Source: Acetobacteraceae bacterium
GTDB lineage: Bacteria > Pseudomonadota > Alphaproteobacteria > Acetobacterales > Acetobacteraceae
Length of the DNA stretch: 64,000 nt
Direction: 5' to 3'
Assembly (NCBI GenBank): GCA_965198565.1
Contig: OZ240665.1
Coordinates: forward strand, 4,215,514 to 4,279,513
A program made the position numbers and the translations under genes. Below, in pieces: positions 48,214 through 58,208 of the stretch. The notes under the pieces were generated by a model. It saw nothing but the letters and a program-made list of their open reading frames with translations, had not been told where the DNA came from and searched no databases. Numbering within the stretch: position 1 is the stretch's first letter; each line of letters begins with the position of its first letter.

Positions 48214-49332
48214 TCACCGAAGCGCCGCAAATGCCTCCAGCGTGCTTATGGTGTTGCCTGCGATGGCGCGGACCGTCTCCCGCTTGCGGGCATGTCCCTG
48301 ACGATTGAGCTCTTCCTCAACCATCTCCTTCGTGACGCTGCCGGGATGGATGTCCCACAAACGGCAGGCGACACGGCGGATGGTCAGTGTCTCGTCCTCG
48401 TAGGGCTGGTACTCTCCATTGCCCATGGCCTTGCGGGTCATGCGGTAATCCCTCCATAGCGTCTGAGCGGTGGAGGTATTGAACGTATCAGGGTGTGCGC
48501 GAAGTAGCTCCGCGCATGTGGCATCCGGATGGGCGGCAAGGAAGCGATGGGCAACTGCCTGCTGCGTTTCCTTTCTATCACCGCGTGCCTTGTGAGCCAT
48601 CGAGCCGGAGTCTGCTGGGCGATTTGGTCGTGTTGCAGGCTGCGCTGGGGCGGCCCGGACGGGATTTAATGAGCTGGCATGGCGTTCCCCAGCTAGCGCC
48701 ACCTCAGGCGTCACTGCCGGAGACATAGAAGGGGCATGGGAATGGAGGACGAGTCCGAGCTTCTGTGCCTTGGCATGGGCCTCCGCCAGGACGAGCGGCA
48801 GCTTGCGTAGCCGTTCGATGGAGTATGGCTTCAGCGCTTCACGCTCGGAGTAGCGGACGGATGCGGTCGCCAGCATCCGCTCGATGATCGGTATCTTCCA
48901 TGTGAGATAGGTCTTCTCGCAACGGCCACCGCCTTCGTTCCAGAGCGGTACGCCCTTGCCAAGAAAGTCTTTGACGACCGCCGTCTCCATTCGAATGCGC
49001 TGGGTTTTGCCGGCGACCGGCTCCTCGCGGATGTGGATGTGGCCGCCGCCCCCAGCTATGAGCATCGCGTTGATCACGAGTTCGGTCCAGATGTCGTCTG
49101 CCGGGCTCGTGTAGTGATCGAAGCGTCCGGGTTTGCTGCCGACCCTGGCATACCGTCCGGTCTCGCCGACATAGTAGCCGCCAGACCGGAACGCGATGAA
49201 ATACAAGCCGCCGCAATCCGGGGGCGCGGGGAAACGAAGTCCGCCATTCGATCCGACCGTGATCTCGCCGAGCGGCCGGAAGCCCAGCCTCTCAATAATT
49301 GTCGTGGCCCGGATTGCCGTTGGCTGCCGCAT
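48214..49332 (-). CDS. GIY-YIG-like nuclease domain fused to C-terminal helical repeats
   Basis: GLYFIAFRSGGYYVGET..R, later RMETAVV (Glu) and PLWN (Asn); lower GC; TTGCCA-16-TATCCT promoter at 49387-49360. Confidence 0.65.
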   Translation of the reverse strand: MRQPTAIRATTIIERLGFRPLGEITVGSNGGLRFPAPPDCGGLYFIAFRSGGYYVGETGRYARVGSKPGRFDHYTSPADDIWTELVINAMLIAGGGGHIHIREEPVAGKTQRIRMETAVVKDFLGKGVPLWNEGGGRCEKTYLTWKIPIIERMLATASVRYSEREALKPYSIERLRKLPLVLAEAHAKAQKLGLVLHSHAPSMSPAVTPEVALAGERHASSLNPVRAAPAQPATRPNRPADSGSMAHKARGDRKETQQAVAHRFLAAHPDATCAELLRAHPDTFNTSTAQTLWRDYRMTRKAMGNGEYQPYEDETLTIRRVACRLWDIHPGSVTKEMVEEELNRQGHARKRETVRAIAGNTISTLEAFAALR

Positions 49333-49416
49333 AGCTGACGCCGTGATCAGTTGGACTTCAGGATAGAGGCCTACTGCCGGGTGGCAATATGCTCGTGGCG
49401 AGGCCGGCCCAACCGC

Positions 49417-49598
49417 GTCATTCCCGATCGAACCGCGCAGCGGAGACCGGCTGAATGAAGGCTTACATACATTTTCCGTTCCGTTGCCCCCCAGACGCCC
49501 ACCCCGACCCTCTCCCGCCCGCGGGAGCCCCGCGGGAGAGGGAGATATTCACCGGCTGGAAGCTGTGTGAATCGGGAAGGATCAAGTTCGGGCATGAC
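49417..49598. repeat. composite nested repeat (GTCAT..ATGAC REP-like arms around a CCCTCTCCC-family copy)
   Basis: gtcattcccgat (49417-49428) pairs with atcgggaa (49571-49578); ggatcaagttcgggcatgac matches 60151-60170; inner copy at 49498-49542. Confidence 0.7.
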
Positions 49599-49654
49599 GA
49601 CCGTGAGCAGGTAGAAGGCCTATGCGATAGCCATGTTTGCACGGACGTAAGCCC

Positions 49655-51046
49655 TTAACCCGCCCCGGCCGGCAGCACGCCGCGGTCGATGGCGTCGCAG
49701 AACAGCCTCCAATCTTGCTCGGACTGGCGGGCGTAGGCCAGGGCGAAAGCGGCAATGGACTTGGCGAAGCCGGGGCCGCCGCCGATGTAGCCGCTGATGG
49801 CCGCCGCGTCGCCGGTGCGGGCGTGGGCGCGGGCCAGGGTGCGGCCGCATAGGTCGGCGTAGAAACCCAAGGCACTCTCCATGGTCACGCCCACGGCGGA
49901 CAGGCGCGAGTCCTTCAGGGTGCGGACGTAGAAATGGCGGCCGTCCGGGCCGGGCTTGGTCCAGCCGAGGAAGATGTCCGACGCGGCCTGCAGCATGCGC
50001 TGGCCGACCACCACGCGCTCGCCCTGGTTGGCGAACTGGCTCGGGCCGGCGAACGGGGCCAGCACGGAGTCCTGCGCCTGCTTGAGCTGCAGCATGAGCG
50101 GGTGGCCGTCGGGGTCGGTGAACAGGCCCACGGCGCAGAAGGTGCCGACGCTGCCGATGCCCACCACCTTGAAGGCGACATCCTGCAGCGCGTAACGGTC
50201 GAGCAAGACGCGGCGCTCGGGCAGCAGGCTGCGGGCGAAGGTGCGGAACAAGGTGCGGGTGTCGGCGTCCTCGGCTTGGGACAAGCGGAACACGGCGGGG
50301 GGCTTCTCGCGGATGCGCCACTTGCCGCCGTCTTGCACCGCGAGGCCGTAGGCGGCCTTGCTGCCGTCCAGCGCGGTTTTCAGGCGCCGGTGCTCCTGCG
50401 CGCGCACCCGGGCCTTGGCCACGGCAGCCACGGCCGAAGCCAGGTCGACCCGCGTGCTCCAGGCGGCGTTGGGCGCCATCGCGGCCAGGCGGGCGAGCGC
50501 CTCGGCATAGGCGTGCACTGCCGTGAACGCCAAGCCATGGCACGCCTCCTGCGGCATGCCGCGGTCTGCGCCGGCGAGCACCAGGCTGGCCGCCAGGCGC
50601 TTCACGTCCCACTCGAACGGGGCTGGCAGGGTTTCGTCGAAGTCGTTGACGTCGAACACCGGAACGCCCTCGGGGGAGGCGTAGGCGCCGAAATTGGCCA
50701 GGTGGCAGTCACCGCATGCCTGCACACGCAGGCCGCTCGAGGGGGTGCTGGCGAGGTCGGCCGCCATCACCGCCGCGGCGCCGCGCAGGAAGGTGAATGC
50801 GCTCGCCCGCATCCGCTGGTAGCGCATGGGCAGCAGGCGGGCGATGCGTCCCTCGCCCTGCAATTGCAGCACTTGCACCGGGTCGCGGCGATTGGGCGGC
50901 GGCGACCAGATGGCGTGGCCGCTGCGGGGCACGGTCTTGCGCAGGCTGACGCCCCAGGCGCGGCGGTCCTGGGCGGTGTGCAGCGCCGGGTCGGGGAGGG
51001 TCACGTTCAAAAGAGGGGCGTCATCGCTGTGGGGAAGCCCAACCAT
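49655..51046 (-). CDS. DUF2252 family protein (kinase-like fold)
   Basis: RY.RMRASAFTFLRGAAAVMA.DL, CGDCHLANFG, FDVNDFDE, WDVKRLAAS, KVVGIGSVGT, YVRTL.D; start uncertain. Confidence 0.92.
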   Translation of the reverse strand: MVGLPHSDDAPLLNVTLPDPALHTAQDRRAWGVSLRKTVPRSGHAIWSPPPNRRDPVQVLQLQGEGRIARLLPMRYQRMRASAFTFLRGAAAVMAADLASTPSSGLRVQACGDCHLANFGAYASPEGVPVFDVNDFDETLPAPFEWDVKRLAASLVLAGADRGMPQEACHGLAFTAVHAYAEALARLAAMAPNAAWSTRVDLASAVAAVAKARVRAQEHRRLKTALDGSKAAYGLAVQDGGKWRIREKPPAVFRLSQAEDADTRTLFRTFARSLLPERRVLLDRYALQDVAFKVVGIGSVGTFCAVGLFTDPDGHPLMLQLKQAQDSVLAPFAGPSQFANQGERVVVGQRMLQAASDIFLGWTKPGPDGRHFYVRTLKDSRLSAVGVTMESALGFYADLCGRTLARAHARTGDAAAISGYIGGGPGFAKSIAAFALAYARQSEQDWRLFCDAIDRGVLPAGAG

Positions 51047-51071
51047 CGTGTGATGAGGACGTAGCACGAGA

Positions 51072-51146
51072 TGGTGGGCGCGACAGGGATTGAACCTGTG
51101 ACCCTTCGCGTGTGAAGCGAATGCTCTACCGCTGAGCTACGCGCCC
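51072..51146 (-). tRNA. tRNA-Val (anticodon CAC)
   Basis: GGGCGCGTAGCTCAGCGGTAGAGCA-TTCGC-TTCACAC-GCGAA...GGTTCAATCCCTGTCGCGCCCACCA. Confidence 0.96.
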
Positions 51147-51204
51147 ACTGTGCTCGGCGGCTGTCCTAGCGGCGTCTCTGGCCTGTGTCTAGCGGCCCGG
51201 CAGC

Positions 51205-52572
51205 TTACGCGCCGGCTCGCGCCGTGGTGCGGAGCAGGCTTGCCAATGCCGCGGCGCCGGCCGCGCCCATGCCGAGCAGCAGCGCCAACGTGACACCCCG
51301 GGCCGGCGCCAGCTCGAAGCACAGCGCCACCAGGGCTGCCCCCAAGGTCTGCCCCAGCAGGCGGGCGGTGGCCACCATGCCGCTCGCGCCGCCGCTGCGG
51401 TGGGGCGGGGCGGAGGCAATCATCGCGCGGTTGTTCGGCGCGTTGAAGAAGCCGAAGCCCAAGCCGCAGAGCGAGGTGCGCCAGACGATATCGACGTCGG
51501 AGGGGTGGGCCGGCAGCGCCGCCAGCAGCAGCAAGCCGGCCGCCATCGCCGCCAGACCCGCCGCACCCAGCCGGGCCGGGGAGTAGCGGTCGGACAGGCG
51601 GCCGGCGGCGGGCGAGATCAGCGCCACCATCAGCGGCCAGGGGGTGAGCAGCAGCCCGGTGGCCACCTGGCTGCGGTGCAACGTCACCTGCAGCAGGAAG
51701 GGCATGGCGACGTAGGCCAGGCCTTGGGCGGCGAAACAGCACATGGCGGCGGCGGCGGAGAGCGCGAACAAGGGCACGCGCAGCAAGTCCACCGGCAGCA
51801 AGGGCGCCGGGAGGCCGCTCTGCCGGCTTACCAGCGCCACGCCTGCCACCACGGTGAGAGCGAACTCCGCGGCCACGATGGCGGCTGGCTGGCCATGCGC
51901 CAGGCCGTCCACGCCGGTGATCAGCAGCCCCAAGCTGGCGGCGCAGAGCAGCGCGCTGAGGGTGTCGAACCGGGCGGCCGAGTGCGTCGTCTCGGGCAAG
52001 ACGCGCCACGACACGGCCAGGGTGAACAGCCCGATGGGCACGTTCACCGCGAACAGCCAGGGCCAATGCGCGACGGAGAGGATGGCGGAGGCGACGGTCG
52101 GGCCGACGGCGGAGGCGATGGAGCCGACGGTCGTGTTCATGCCGATGCCGCTGCCCAGGCGATGGCGCGGGAATACGAAGCGGATCAGCGCCACGTTCAC
52201 GCTCATCATTCCGGCGGCGCCGAGGCCCTGCAGGACGCGCGCCATGGTCAGCACCAACAGGCTGCCGGAGAGGGCGCAGAGCAGCGACGCCACCACGAAC
52301 AGCACCAGGCCGCCGATATGCACCCGGCGGTAGCCCGCGCGCTCGCCGAGCGAGGCCAGGGGCAGCAACGACATCGTTACCGCGAGCTGATAGGCGTTCA
52401 CCACCCAGATCGAGGCGGCGTTGGTGACGCGCAGGTCGTGCGCGATGGTGGGGAGCGCGATGTTGGCGATGGCGCTGTCCAGCACCGCCATGACCAGGCC
52501 GAGCGCCACGGCGAGTGCGGCCCAGTAGAGCTGCGGCGGCGCTAGCCCGTCCGCTTCGGCGCCTGCGCTCAC
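51205..52572 (-). CDS. DHA2 (14-TM) MFS transporter
   Basis: LDSAIANIALPTIA, WVVNAY, ARVLQGLG, W.WLFAVNVPIG, AGRLSDR; GTG start inferred. Confidence 0.92.
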   Translation of the reverse strand: MSAGAEADGLAPPQLYWAALAVALGLVMAVLDSAIANIALPTIAHDLRVTNAASIWVVNAYQLAVTMSLLPLASLGERAGYRRVHIGGLVLFVVASLLCALSGSLLVLTMARVLQGLGAAGMMSVNVALIRFVFPRHRLGSGIGMNTTVGSIASAVGPTVASAILSVAHWPWLFAVNVPIGLFTLAVSWRVLPETTHSAARFDTLSALLCAASLGLLITGVDGLAHGQPAAIVAAEFALTVVAGVALVSRQSGLPAPLLPVDLLRVPLFALSAAAAMCCFAAQGLAYVAMPFLLQVTLHRSQVATGLLLTPWPLMVALISPAAGRLSDRYSPARLGAAGLAAMAAGLLLLAALPAHPSDVDIVWRTSLCGLGFGFFNAPNNRAMIASAPPHRSGGASGMVATARLLGQTLGAALVALCFELAPARGVTLALLLGMGAAGAAALASLLRTTARAGA

Positions 52573-52579
52573 GGCGGCA

Positions 52580-53575
52580 TCAATAGGTGGCGAAGATGCG
52601 GCGGATGTCTGCCGGGTCGGACGTTTGCGCGAGCGCCAGGGCGAGCAGCAGCCGCGCCTTTTGCGGGTTGAGGTTGTCGGCGATGAGGAAGCCGCTTTCC
52701 CGTGCCTTGGTGCCGGCGAAGGTGCGGCCGCTGCCGGCGCGGGTGGATTGCACCACCACCACGCCCTGCTGCACCGCCTCGCGCAGGGCTTCGGCCTCGG
52801 CGGTTCCCGGGAAGCCGGGCGCGAAGCCGGCGGAGACGATGCCGCGGGCGCCGGCGGCGAGGAATGCGCGCGACGCGGTGCCGTCGGCGCCGACATAGGC
52901 GTAGGCTATGTCGACGCGGGGCAAGGCGTCGAGCCGCGTGATGTCGAACTCGGTGTCCGGCATGTGGCGGCGCAGGGGGGCGCGGTAGAACGCCACGCCG
53001 TCGCCGTCGGCATGGCCGAGGACGCCGAAGTCGGGGGTGCGGAAGGTTTGCAGCCGGAAGGTGGAGGTTTTCGTCACCTCGCGGGCAGCGTGGATTTCGT
53101 CGTTCAGCATCACCAGCACGCCCATGCGGCGGGACGCCGGGCTGGCGGCGACGCGGATGGCGTTCACCAGGTTCATGCCGGCATCGGTGGAGAGGGCGCT
53201 GGCGGGGCGCTGGCTGCCGGTGATGACGACGGGGACGGGGACTTTCAGCACCAGGTTGAGGAAGAACGCGGTCTCCTCGAGCGAGGCGGTGCCGTGGCCG
53301 ATGGCGATGCCGTCGAGGCCGGGCATGTCGGCCACCAATTGGCTGCAGAGTGCGGCGAGTTCTTTCCAGACGGGAAAGTCGATGTCGTGGCTGACCATGG
53401 TGCGGAAGTTGATCGGGACGACGTCCGCGATTTCGGCCCATTGCGGGAACATGGCGGCGATCGCGTCGGCCTGCATGCGGTTGCCGGTTGCGCCGTAGTC
53501 CAGGATGTCGAGCGGGCCGGCGCCGAGCGAGGAGATCGTGCCGCCGGTGCCGATGAAGGCGACGCGAGGCTTCAC
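52580..53575 (-). CDS. asparaginase-family amidohydrolase with a variant active site
   Basis: GTGGTIS, HGTASLEET (canonical HGTDT), TGSQRP, AREVTKT, NLNPQKARLLL. Confidence 0.9.
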   Translation of the reverse strand: MKPRVAFIGTGGTISSLGAGPLDILDYGATGNRMQADAIAAMFPQWAEIADVVPINFRTMVSHDIDFPVWKELAALCSQLVADMPGLDGIAIGHGTASLEETAFFLNLVLKVPVPVVITGSQRPASALSTDAGMNLVNAIRVAASPASRRMGVLVMLNDEIHAAREVTKTSTFRLQTFRTPDFGVLGHADGDGVAFYRAPLRRHMPDTEFDITRLDALPRVDIAYAYVGADGTASRAFLAAGARGIVSAGFAPGFPGTAEAEALREAVQQGVVVVQSTRAGSGRTFAGTKARESGFLIADNLNPQKARLLLALALAQTSDPADIRRIFATY

Positions 53576-54270
53576 GCCGCCACGGCCTGCGGCTGAGCCA
53601 GGGATGCAACCAGCATGTCGGTGTCCATGAGGTCGGTGAAGAAGGCATAGAGCGCGGTGAGCGAGGCGTCGTGTTCCGCTTGGGTCAGCGCTGCGTTGCC
53701 GTCGCTGACCATGACGACGCGGAAGTTGGCCATCATCGCGTCGCGGGCGGAGGATTCGCAGCAGACATTGGTGAGGGTGCCGGTGATGAGCACGGTGTCG
53801 ATGCCGCGGGCGCGGAGCAGGTTCGGCAAATCCGAAGTGCCGGGATAGAAGGCGCTGAAGCGGTATTTGCGCACCACGGCGTCCTGCGGCTGCACATCCA
53901 TGGCGGGCCAGAATTGTTGGCCGAAGCTGCCTTCGGTGAGGGCGGCGATGCGGCTGCGGCGGGTGGGCGGGGCGGCCATGTCCTGCAGGACGGACCAGTC
54001 GGTGAGGCAGCGCTCGTCGTGCGTGTTCATGATCCAGAACACGGCGCCGCCGGCCTGTCGCACGGCGGTGGCCAAGCGGTTGATGGTGGGGACGATGGCG
54101 ATGGCGGCCTCGCAGGCGGTGTAGCCTGCGGCGGCGTCCATGTAGGCGTTCTGCATGTCGATGACGACGAGCGCGGTGCGCGCCGGGTCGAGGTTGGCGA
54201 ATGGGTGTTCGGTGCCGCGCCGGGCCACGACGCGGTCGATGATGGATTGCGGAATGGTCACGCCGTTCAT
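53572..54270 (-). CDS. cysteine hydrolase / isochorismatase family, RutB-like
   Basis: TALVVIDMQNAY (Asp), KYRFSAF (Lys), TNVCCESSARDA (Cys). Confidence 0.92.
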   Translation of the reverse strand: MNGVTIPQSIIDRVVARRGTEHPFANLDPARTALVVIDMQNAYMDAAAGYTACEAAIAIVPTINRLATAVRQAGGAVFWIMNTHDERCLTDWSVLQDMAAPPTRRSRIAALTEGSFGQQFWPAMDVQPQDAVVRKYRFSAFYPGTSDLPNLLRARGIDTVLITGTLTNVCCESSARDAMMANFRVVMVSDGNAALTQAEHDASLTALYAFFTDLMDTDMLVASLAQPQAVAA

Positions 54271-55280
54271 CGGAACGCTCCCTCCTGTGGTTGCAGCATG
54301 TCGGCGACGCGCAGGCATCGGGCCATGCGGCCGGGCGCGGGGTAAACCGGGTTAGGAAGATCCTTGCGGCAGGCCGGCATCGCCATGGGGCAGCGCGGCG
54401 CGAAACTGCAGCCGGGGGGCAGGCGGCGCATGTCGGGCGGGCTGCCGGGGATGGCGGCGATGTCCTGCTCCGGCGGCTGGTCGTGCACGGTGGAGGCGAG
54501 CAGCCCGGCGGTGTAGGGGTGCGCGGGGCGGCGCAGCACGTCGGCGACCGGGCCCTCCTCGATCACGCGGCCGGCGTACATCACGGCGACGCGGTCGGCG
54601 ATCTCGGCGGCGACGCCCAGGTCGTGCGTGACGAAGATGGTGCCCATGCCCATGTCCTGCTGCAGGCGGCGCAGCAGGATCAGCACCTGGATTTGCACGG
54701 TGGCGTCGAGCGCGGTGGTCGGCTCGTCCGCCAGCAGCAGTTGCGGGCCGCAGGACAGGGCGATGGCGATCATGGCGCGTTGGCGCAAGCCGCCGGAGAG
54801 TTCGTGCGGATAGGCGTCGACCCGGCGTTCCGGCGAGGGGATTTTCACCAGGTCGAGCAGCTCGATGGCGCGCGCCCTGGCCTCTGCTCGGGTGCCGCCT
54901 TTGTGGCGGCGGATCATTTCGGTCAGGTGTTGGCCGATGGTGTAGACGGGGTCGAGCGCGGTCATGGGTTCCTGGAACACCATGGCGACGGCGCCGCCGC
55001 GGAACTGGCGCAGCGCACGGCCTTGCAGCGACAGCACGTCCTGCCCGGCCAAGTGCACCTGGCCGCCGACGCGGGAGCGGGTCGGCGGCAGCAGGCGCAT
55101 CAGCGCTTTGAGGGTGACGGACTTGCCGGAGCCGGACTCGCCGAGCAGGCACAGCACTTCGCCGGCGCGCAGGCTGAAACTGGCGCCGCTGACTGCGTTC
55201 ACGGTCGCTTCGCGGGTGACGAATTGGACGGTCAGGTCCTGCACGTCGAGCAGCGGGGCGGCGGGGCGGCCGATGTCCAT
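54267..55280 (-). CDS. peptide/nickel ABC transporter ATP-binding protein (DppD-like)
   Basis: [39 protein letters not shown], Cys-rich C-terminus. Confidence 0.95.
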   Translation of the reverse strand: MDIGRPAAPLLDVQDLTVQFVTREATVNAVSGASFSLRAGEVLCLLGESGSGKSVTLKALMRLLPPTRSRVGGQVHLAGQDVLSLQGRALRQFRGGAVAMVFQEPMTALDPVYTIGQHLTEMIRRHKGGTRAEARARAIELLDLVKIPSPERRVDAYPHELSGGLRQRAMIAIALSCGPQLLLADEPTTALDATVQIQVLILLRRLQQDMGMGTIFVTHDLGVAAEIADRVAVMYAGRVIEEGPVADVLRRPAHPYTAGLLASTVHDQPPEQDIAAIPGSPPDMRRLPPGCSFAPRCPMAMPACRKDLPNPVYPAPGRMARCLRVADMLQPQEGAFR

Positions 55281-56332
55281 CAGGCGGCCAGGGCGCGGGA
55301 GTGGCCAGACGCCCTATCGGTCATGTGGCAGGCGGCGACGTGGCTCGAGCGGTCCTCCCACTGGCCCAGCAGCGGGGCGCGGCTTTGGCAGACGGGTTCG
55401 ACGTGGGGGCAGCGGGTGTGGAATCGGCAGCCGGAGGGCGGGTTGATCGGGCTTGGCGGGTCTCCCACGATGGGCGGGGCGGTGATGCGGCGTTCGGCGT
55501 CCATCGACAGGCGGGAGCCGAGCAGCGCCTGGGTGTAGGGGTGCTGGGCGCGGCGGAACACCTCGACCGCCGGGCCCAACTCCACCACTTGGCCGAGATA
55601 CATCACGAGGACGCGGTCGCTGATGTAGCGGACGACGTTGAGGTCGTGGCTGATAAACAGGTAGGTGAGGTTCAGGGTGCGCTTGAGCTGGCGCAGTAGG
55701 TTCAGCACCTGGGCTTCAACCGATTTGTCGAGGGCGGAGACGGCTTCGTCGAGGATGACCATGCGGGGGCCCATGGCGAGGGCGCGGGCGATGTTCACCC
55801 GCTGCTTCTGGCCGCCGGAGAGTTCGTGCGGGTAGCGGGGGCCGAATAGGTCTGGCCTAAGGCCGACCTTGGTGAGGATGTCCTGCGCGATGCGGCGGGA
55901 CTCGGCGCGGCTGCTGCCGTTCACCATGGGGCCGAACGCGACCGAGTCCTGCACCGGCATGCGCGGGTTCAGCGAGGAATAGCTGTCTTGGAACACCATC
56001 TGCACTTGGCGGCGCAGATCGGCCACGCTGATGCCTTGGGTGGCGGCCACGGCGTCGCCGTCGAACACCAGTTCGCCGGCTTGCGGCGCGATGAGATGCA
56101 GCAGCAGCCGCGCCAGGGTGGACTTGCCGCAGCCGGATTCGCCGACCACGCCCAAGGTCTCGCCCTTGAACAGGGTGAACGACACGCCGTCCACCGCGCG
56201 CACGACGGCGCCGCGGCCGGCGCCCTTGACCTTGAAGTGGCGCTTTAGCTCGCGGGCGATCAGCATGGGTTGCGCGGCGCCGCCGCGGTCGCGGGCGTCG
56301 ACATAGGTGTTGCCTTCGAGGGTCGTGCTCAA
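55280..56332 (-). CDS. peptide/nickel ABC transporter ATP-binding protein (DppF-like)
   Basis: [52 protein letters not shown]; TTG start overlaps the upstream stop. Confidence 0.95.
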   Translation of the reverse strand: MSTTLEGNTYVDARDRGGAAQPMLIARELKRHFKVKGAGRGAVVRAVDGVSFTLFKGETLGVVGESGCGKSTLARLLLHLIAPQAGELVFDGDAVAATQGISVADLRRQVQMVFQDSYSSLNPRMPVQDSVAFGPMVNGSSRAESRRIAQDILTKVGLRPDLFGPRYPHELSGGQKQRVNIARALAMGPRMVILDEAVSALDKSVEAQVLNLLRQLKRTLNLTYLFISHDLNVVRYISDRVLVMYLGQVVELGPAVEVFRRAQHPYTQALLGSRLSMDAERRITAPPIVGDPPSPINPPSGCRFHTRCPHVEPVCQSRAPLLGQWEDRSSHVAACHMTDRASGHSRALAA

Positions 56333-57231
56333 ATCCGCACGTCCATGGCGGCGCGCACGCCGTCGCTCACCAGGTTGAAGCAGATCGAGGTGATGAAGAT
56401 TGCGACGCCGGGCATGGCGCAGCCGATCGGGTCGACGTAGAGCGATTGGCGCAGAGTGCTGAGCATGAGGCCCCAGTCCGCGGTGGGCGGCTGCACGCCC
56501 AGGCCGAGGAAGGAGAGGCCGGAGGCGAGCAGGATGCTCACGCTGACCAGGCTCGAGGCGTAGATGAACACGGGGCCGAGCACGTTGCCGAGCACGTGGT
56601 GGCGCACGATGGTGAGGGTGCCGGCGCCGCTGGCGCGGGCGGCCTCGATGTAGTCCAGGTTCTTGATTTGCGCGGTTGCGGTTTCTGCGACGCGGCACAT
56701 GGCGGGGATGAACACCAGGCTGAGGGAGATGATGCCGTTGCCGATGCCGCCGCCCATGGCGCCCGAGATGGCCACGGCGAGCAGGATGGAGGGGAAGGCG
56801 TAGAACACGTCCATGGTGCGCATGATGGCGGTGTTGGTGACGCGGCCGGCGAACCCGCCGACCACGCCTAAGGTTCCGCCTACGACGGTTGCGACCAGCA
56901 CGGGGGCCAGGCCCATCATCAGCGAGATACGGCCGCCGTAGAACAGGCGGCTCATCATGTCGCGGCCGAGTTCGTCGGTGCCCCAGGGGTGGCCGCGCCA
57001 GCCGAACGGCTTGAGGCGGCCGATGATGCTTTGCGCGTAGGGGTCGAAGGGTGCGACCAGGGGTGCGGCGATGGCGAGCAGCACGATGAGCAGCACGACG
57101 GCGCCGAACGCCAGCGTGATCCAGTCATGGCGCAGGCGGTAGGCGACGGATTGCCAGTAGCTGCGCACCTTGGTGGCGGGCGCGGGGTCGGCCTCGCTGG
57201 TGGGGGCCAGGGAGATTGCGGTGTCGCTCAT
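56329..57231 (-). CDS. peptide/nickel ABC transporter permease (DppC-like)
   Basis: HPWGTDELGRD, YIEAARASGA, LSFLGLGVQPP..DWG. Confidence 0.95.
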   Translation of the reverse strand: MSDTAISLAPTSEADPAPATKVRSYWQSVAYRLRHDWITLAFGAVVLLIVLLAIAAPLVAPFDPYAQSIIGRLKPFGWRGHPWGTDELGRDMMSRLFYGGRISLMMGLAPVLVATVVGGTLGVVGGFAGRVTNTAIMRTMDVFYAFPSILLAVAISGAMGGGIGNGIISLSLVFIPAMCRVAETATAQIKNLDYIEAARASGAGTLTIVRHHVLGNVLGPVFIYASSLVSVSILLASGLSFLGLGVQPPTADWGLMLSTLRQSLYVDPIGCAMPGVAIFITSICFNLVSDGVRAAMDVRI

Positions 57232-57241
57232 GTCGGCTGCG

Positions 57242-58198
57242 TCATGCGCGTCTGATCCGCGGGTCGATGAGGGCTTGCAGCAGGTCCACCACGAGGTTAG
57301 TGGCGACGAAGATCAGCGACAGCGCGAGGATGGTGCCCTGCAGCACGGGGATGTCGCGGTTGATGATCGCTTTGTTGAGCAGGAAGCCGCTGCCGGGCCA
57401 GGTGAACACGGTTTCCACCAGGATGGAGCCGCCCATGAGGTAGCCGAATTGCAGGCCCATGACGGCCAGCACCTGGGGCGCGGCGTTTTTCAGCACGTGG
57501 CGGATCACTGCGGCTTCGCCGAGGCCCATGGCGCGCAAGGTGGTGACGAAATCCTGGTTGCGCACTTCCGCCACGGCGGCGCGGGTGGTGCGGGCGATGA
57601 TGCCGATGGGGATCATGCTGAGCGTGACCACCGGCAGCACGAGGAACTGGGCGTCGCTCCAATGCCACAGCACGAAGGCGGCGGAGCCGGACTCTCCCAT
57701 GCCGCTTGCGGGGAGCACCATGTATTGCACCGCGAACAGGATCACCAGCACGAGGCCGAGCCAATAGTTCGGCAGGCTCACGCCGATGACCGCGGCGCCG
57801 GTCACCACGCGGTCGAGCAGGCGGCCGGGGAAGCAGCCGGCGAACGCGCCCATGCCGAAGCCCATTGCGAACGAGATCGGCACCGCGAACAGGGCGAGCA
57901 TGGCGGTGTTGGCGAGCGAGCCGAACACTTCGAGCGTCACGGGGCGTTGGGTGGCGATGGAGCGGCCGAAATCGCCGTGCAGGACGTGCCACAGCCAGAG
58001 CACGTATTGCACTGGGATTGGCCGGTCGAAGCCATAGGCGTGTTTGATGATGGCGATCGTGTCTGCGGTTGCGTCTGGCGGCAGCACGGTTTGCAGCGGG
58101 TCGCCGGGCGCCAGGTAGACCAAGGAGAAGCACACCACGCTCACCCCGAGCGCGATGGGGATCGCGAACAGGATGCGCCGGACGACGTAGCCGAGCAT
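57242..58198 (-). CDS. peptide/nickel ABC transporter permease (DppB-like)
   Basis: PGDP, GDFGRS, QDFVTTLRAMGL, ETVFTWPG.G, RDIPVLQG. Confidence 0.95.
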   Translation of the reverse strand: MLGYVVRRILFAIPIALGVSVVCFSLVYLAPGDPLQTVLPPDATADTIAIIKHAYGFDRPIPVQYVLWLWHVLHGDFGRSIATQRPVTLEVFGSLANTAMLALFAVPISFAMGFGMGAFAGCFPGRLLDRVVTGAAVIGVSLPNYWLGLVLVILFAVQYMVLPASGMGESGSAAFVLWHWSDAQFLVLPVVTLSMIPIGIIARTTRAAVAEVRNQDFVTTLRAMGLGEAAVIRHVLKNAAPQVLAVMGLQFGYLMGGSILVETVFTWPGSGFLLNKAIINRDIPVLQGTILALSLIFVATNLVVDLLQALIDPRIRRA

Positions 58199-58208
58199 CA
58201 GGCTGCTC

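Noticed and set aside
47900-51146. Integrative element at tRNA-Val carrying DUF2252 and the GIY-YIG-like gene
   Set aside because: No duplicated tRNA 3' end or integrase; DUF2252 has host-like codon usage.
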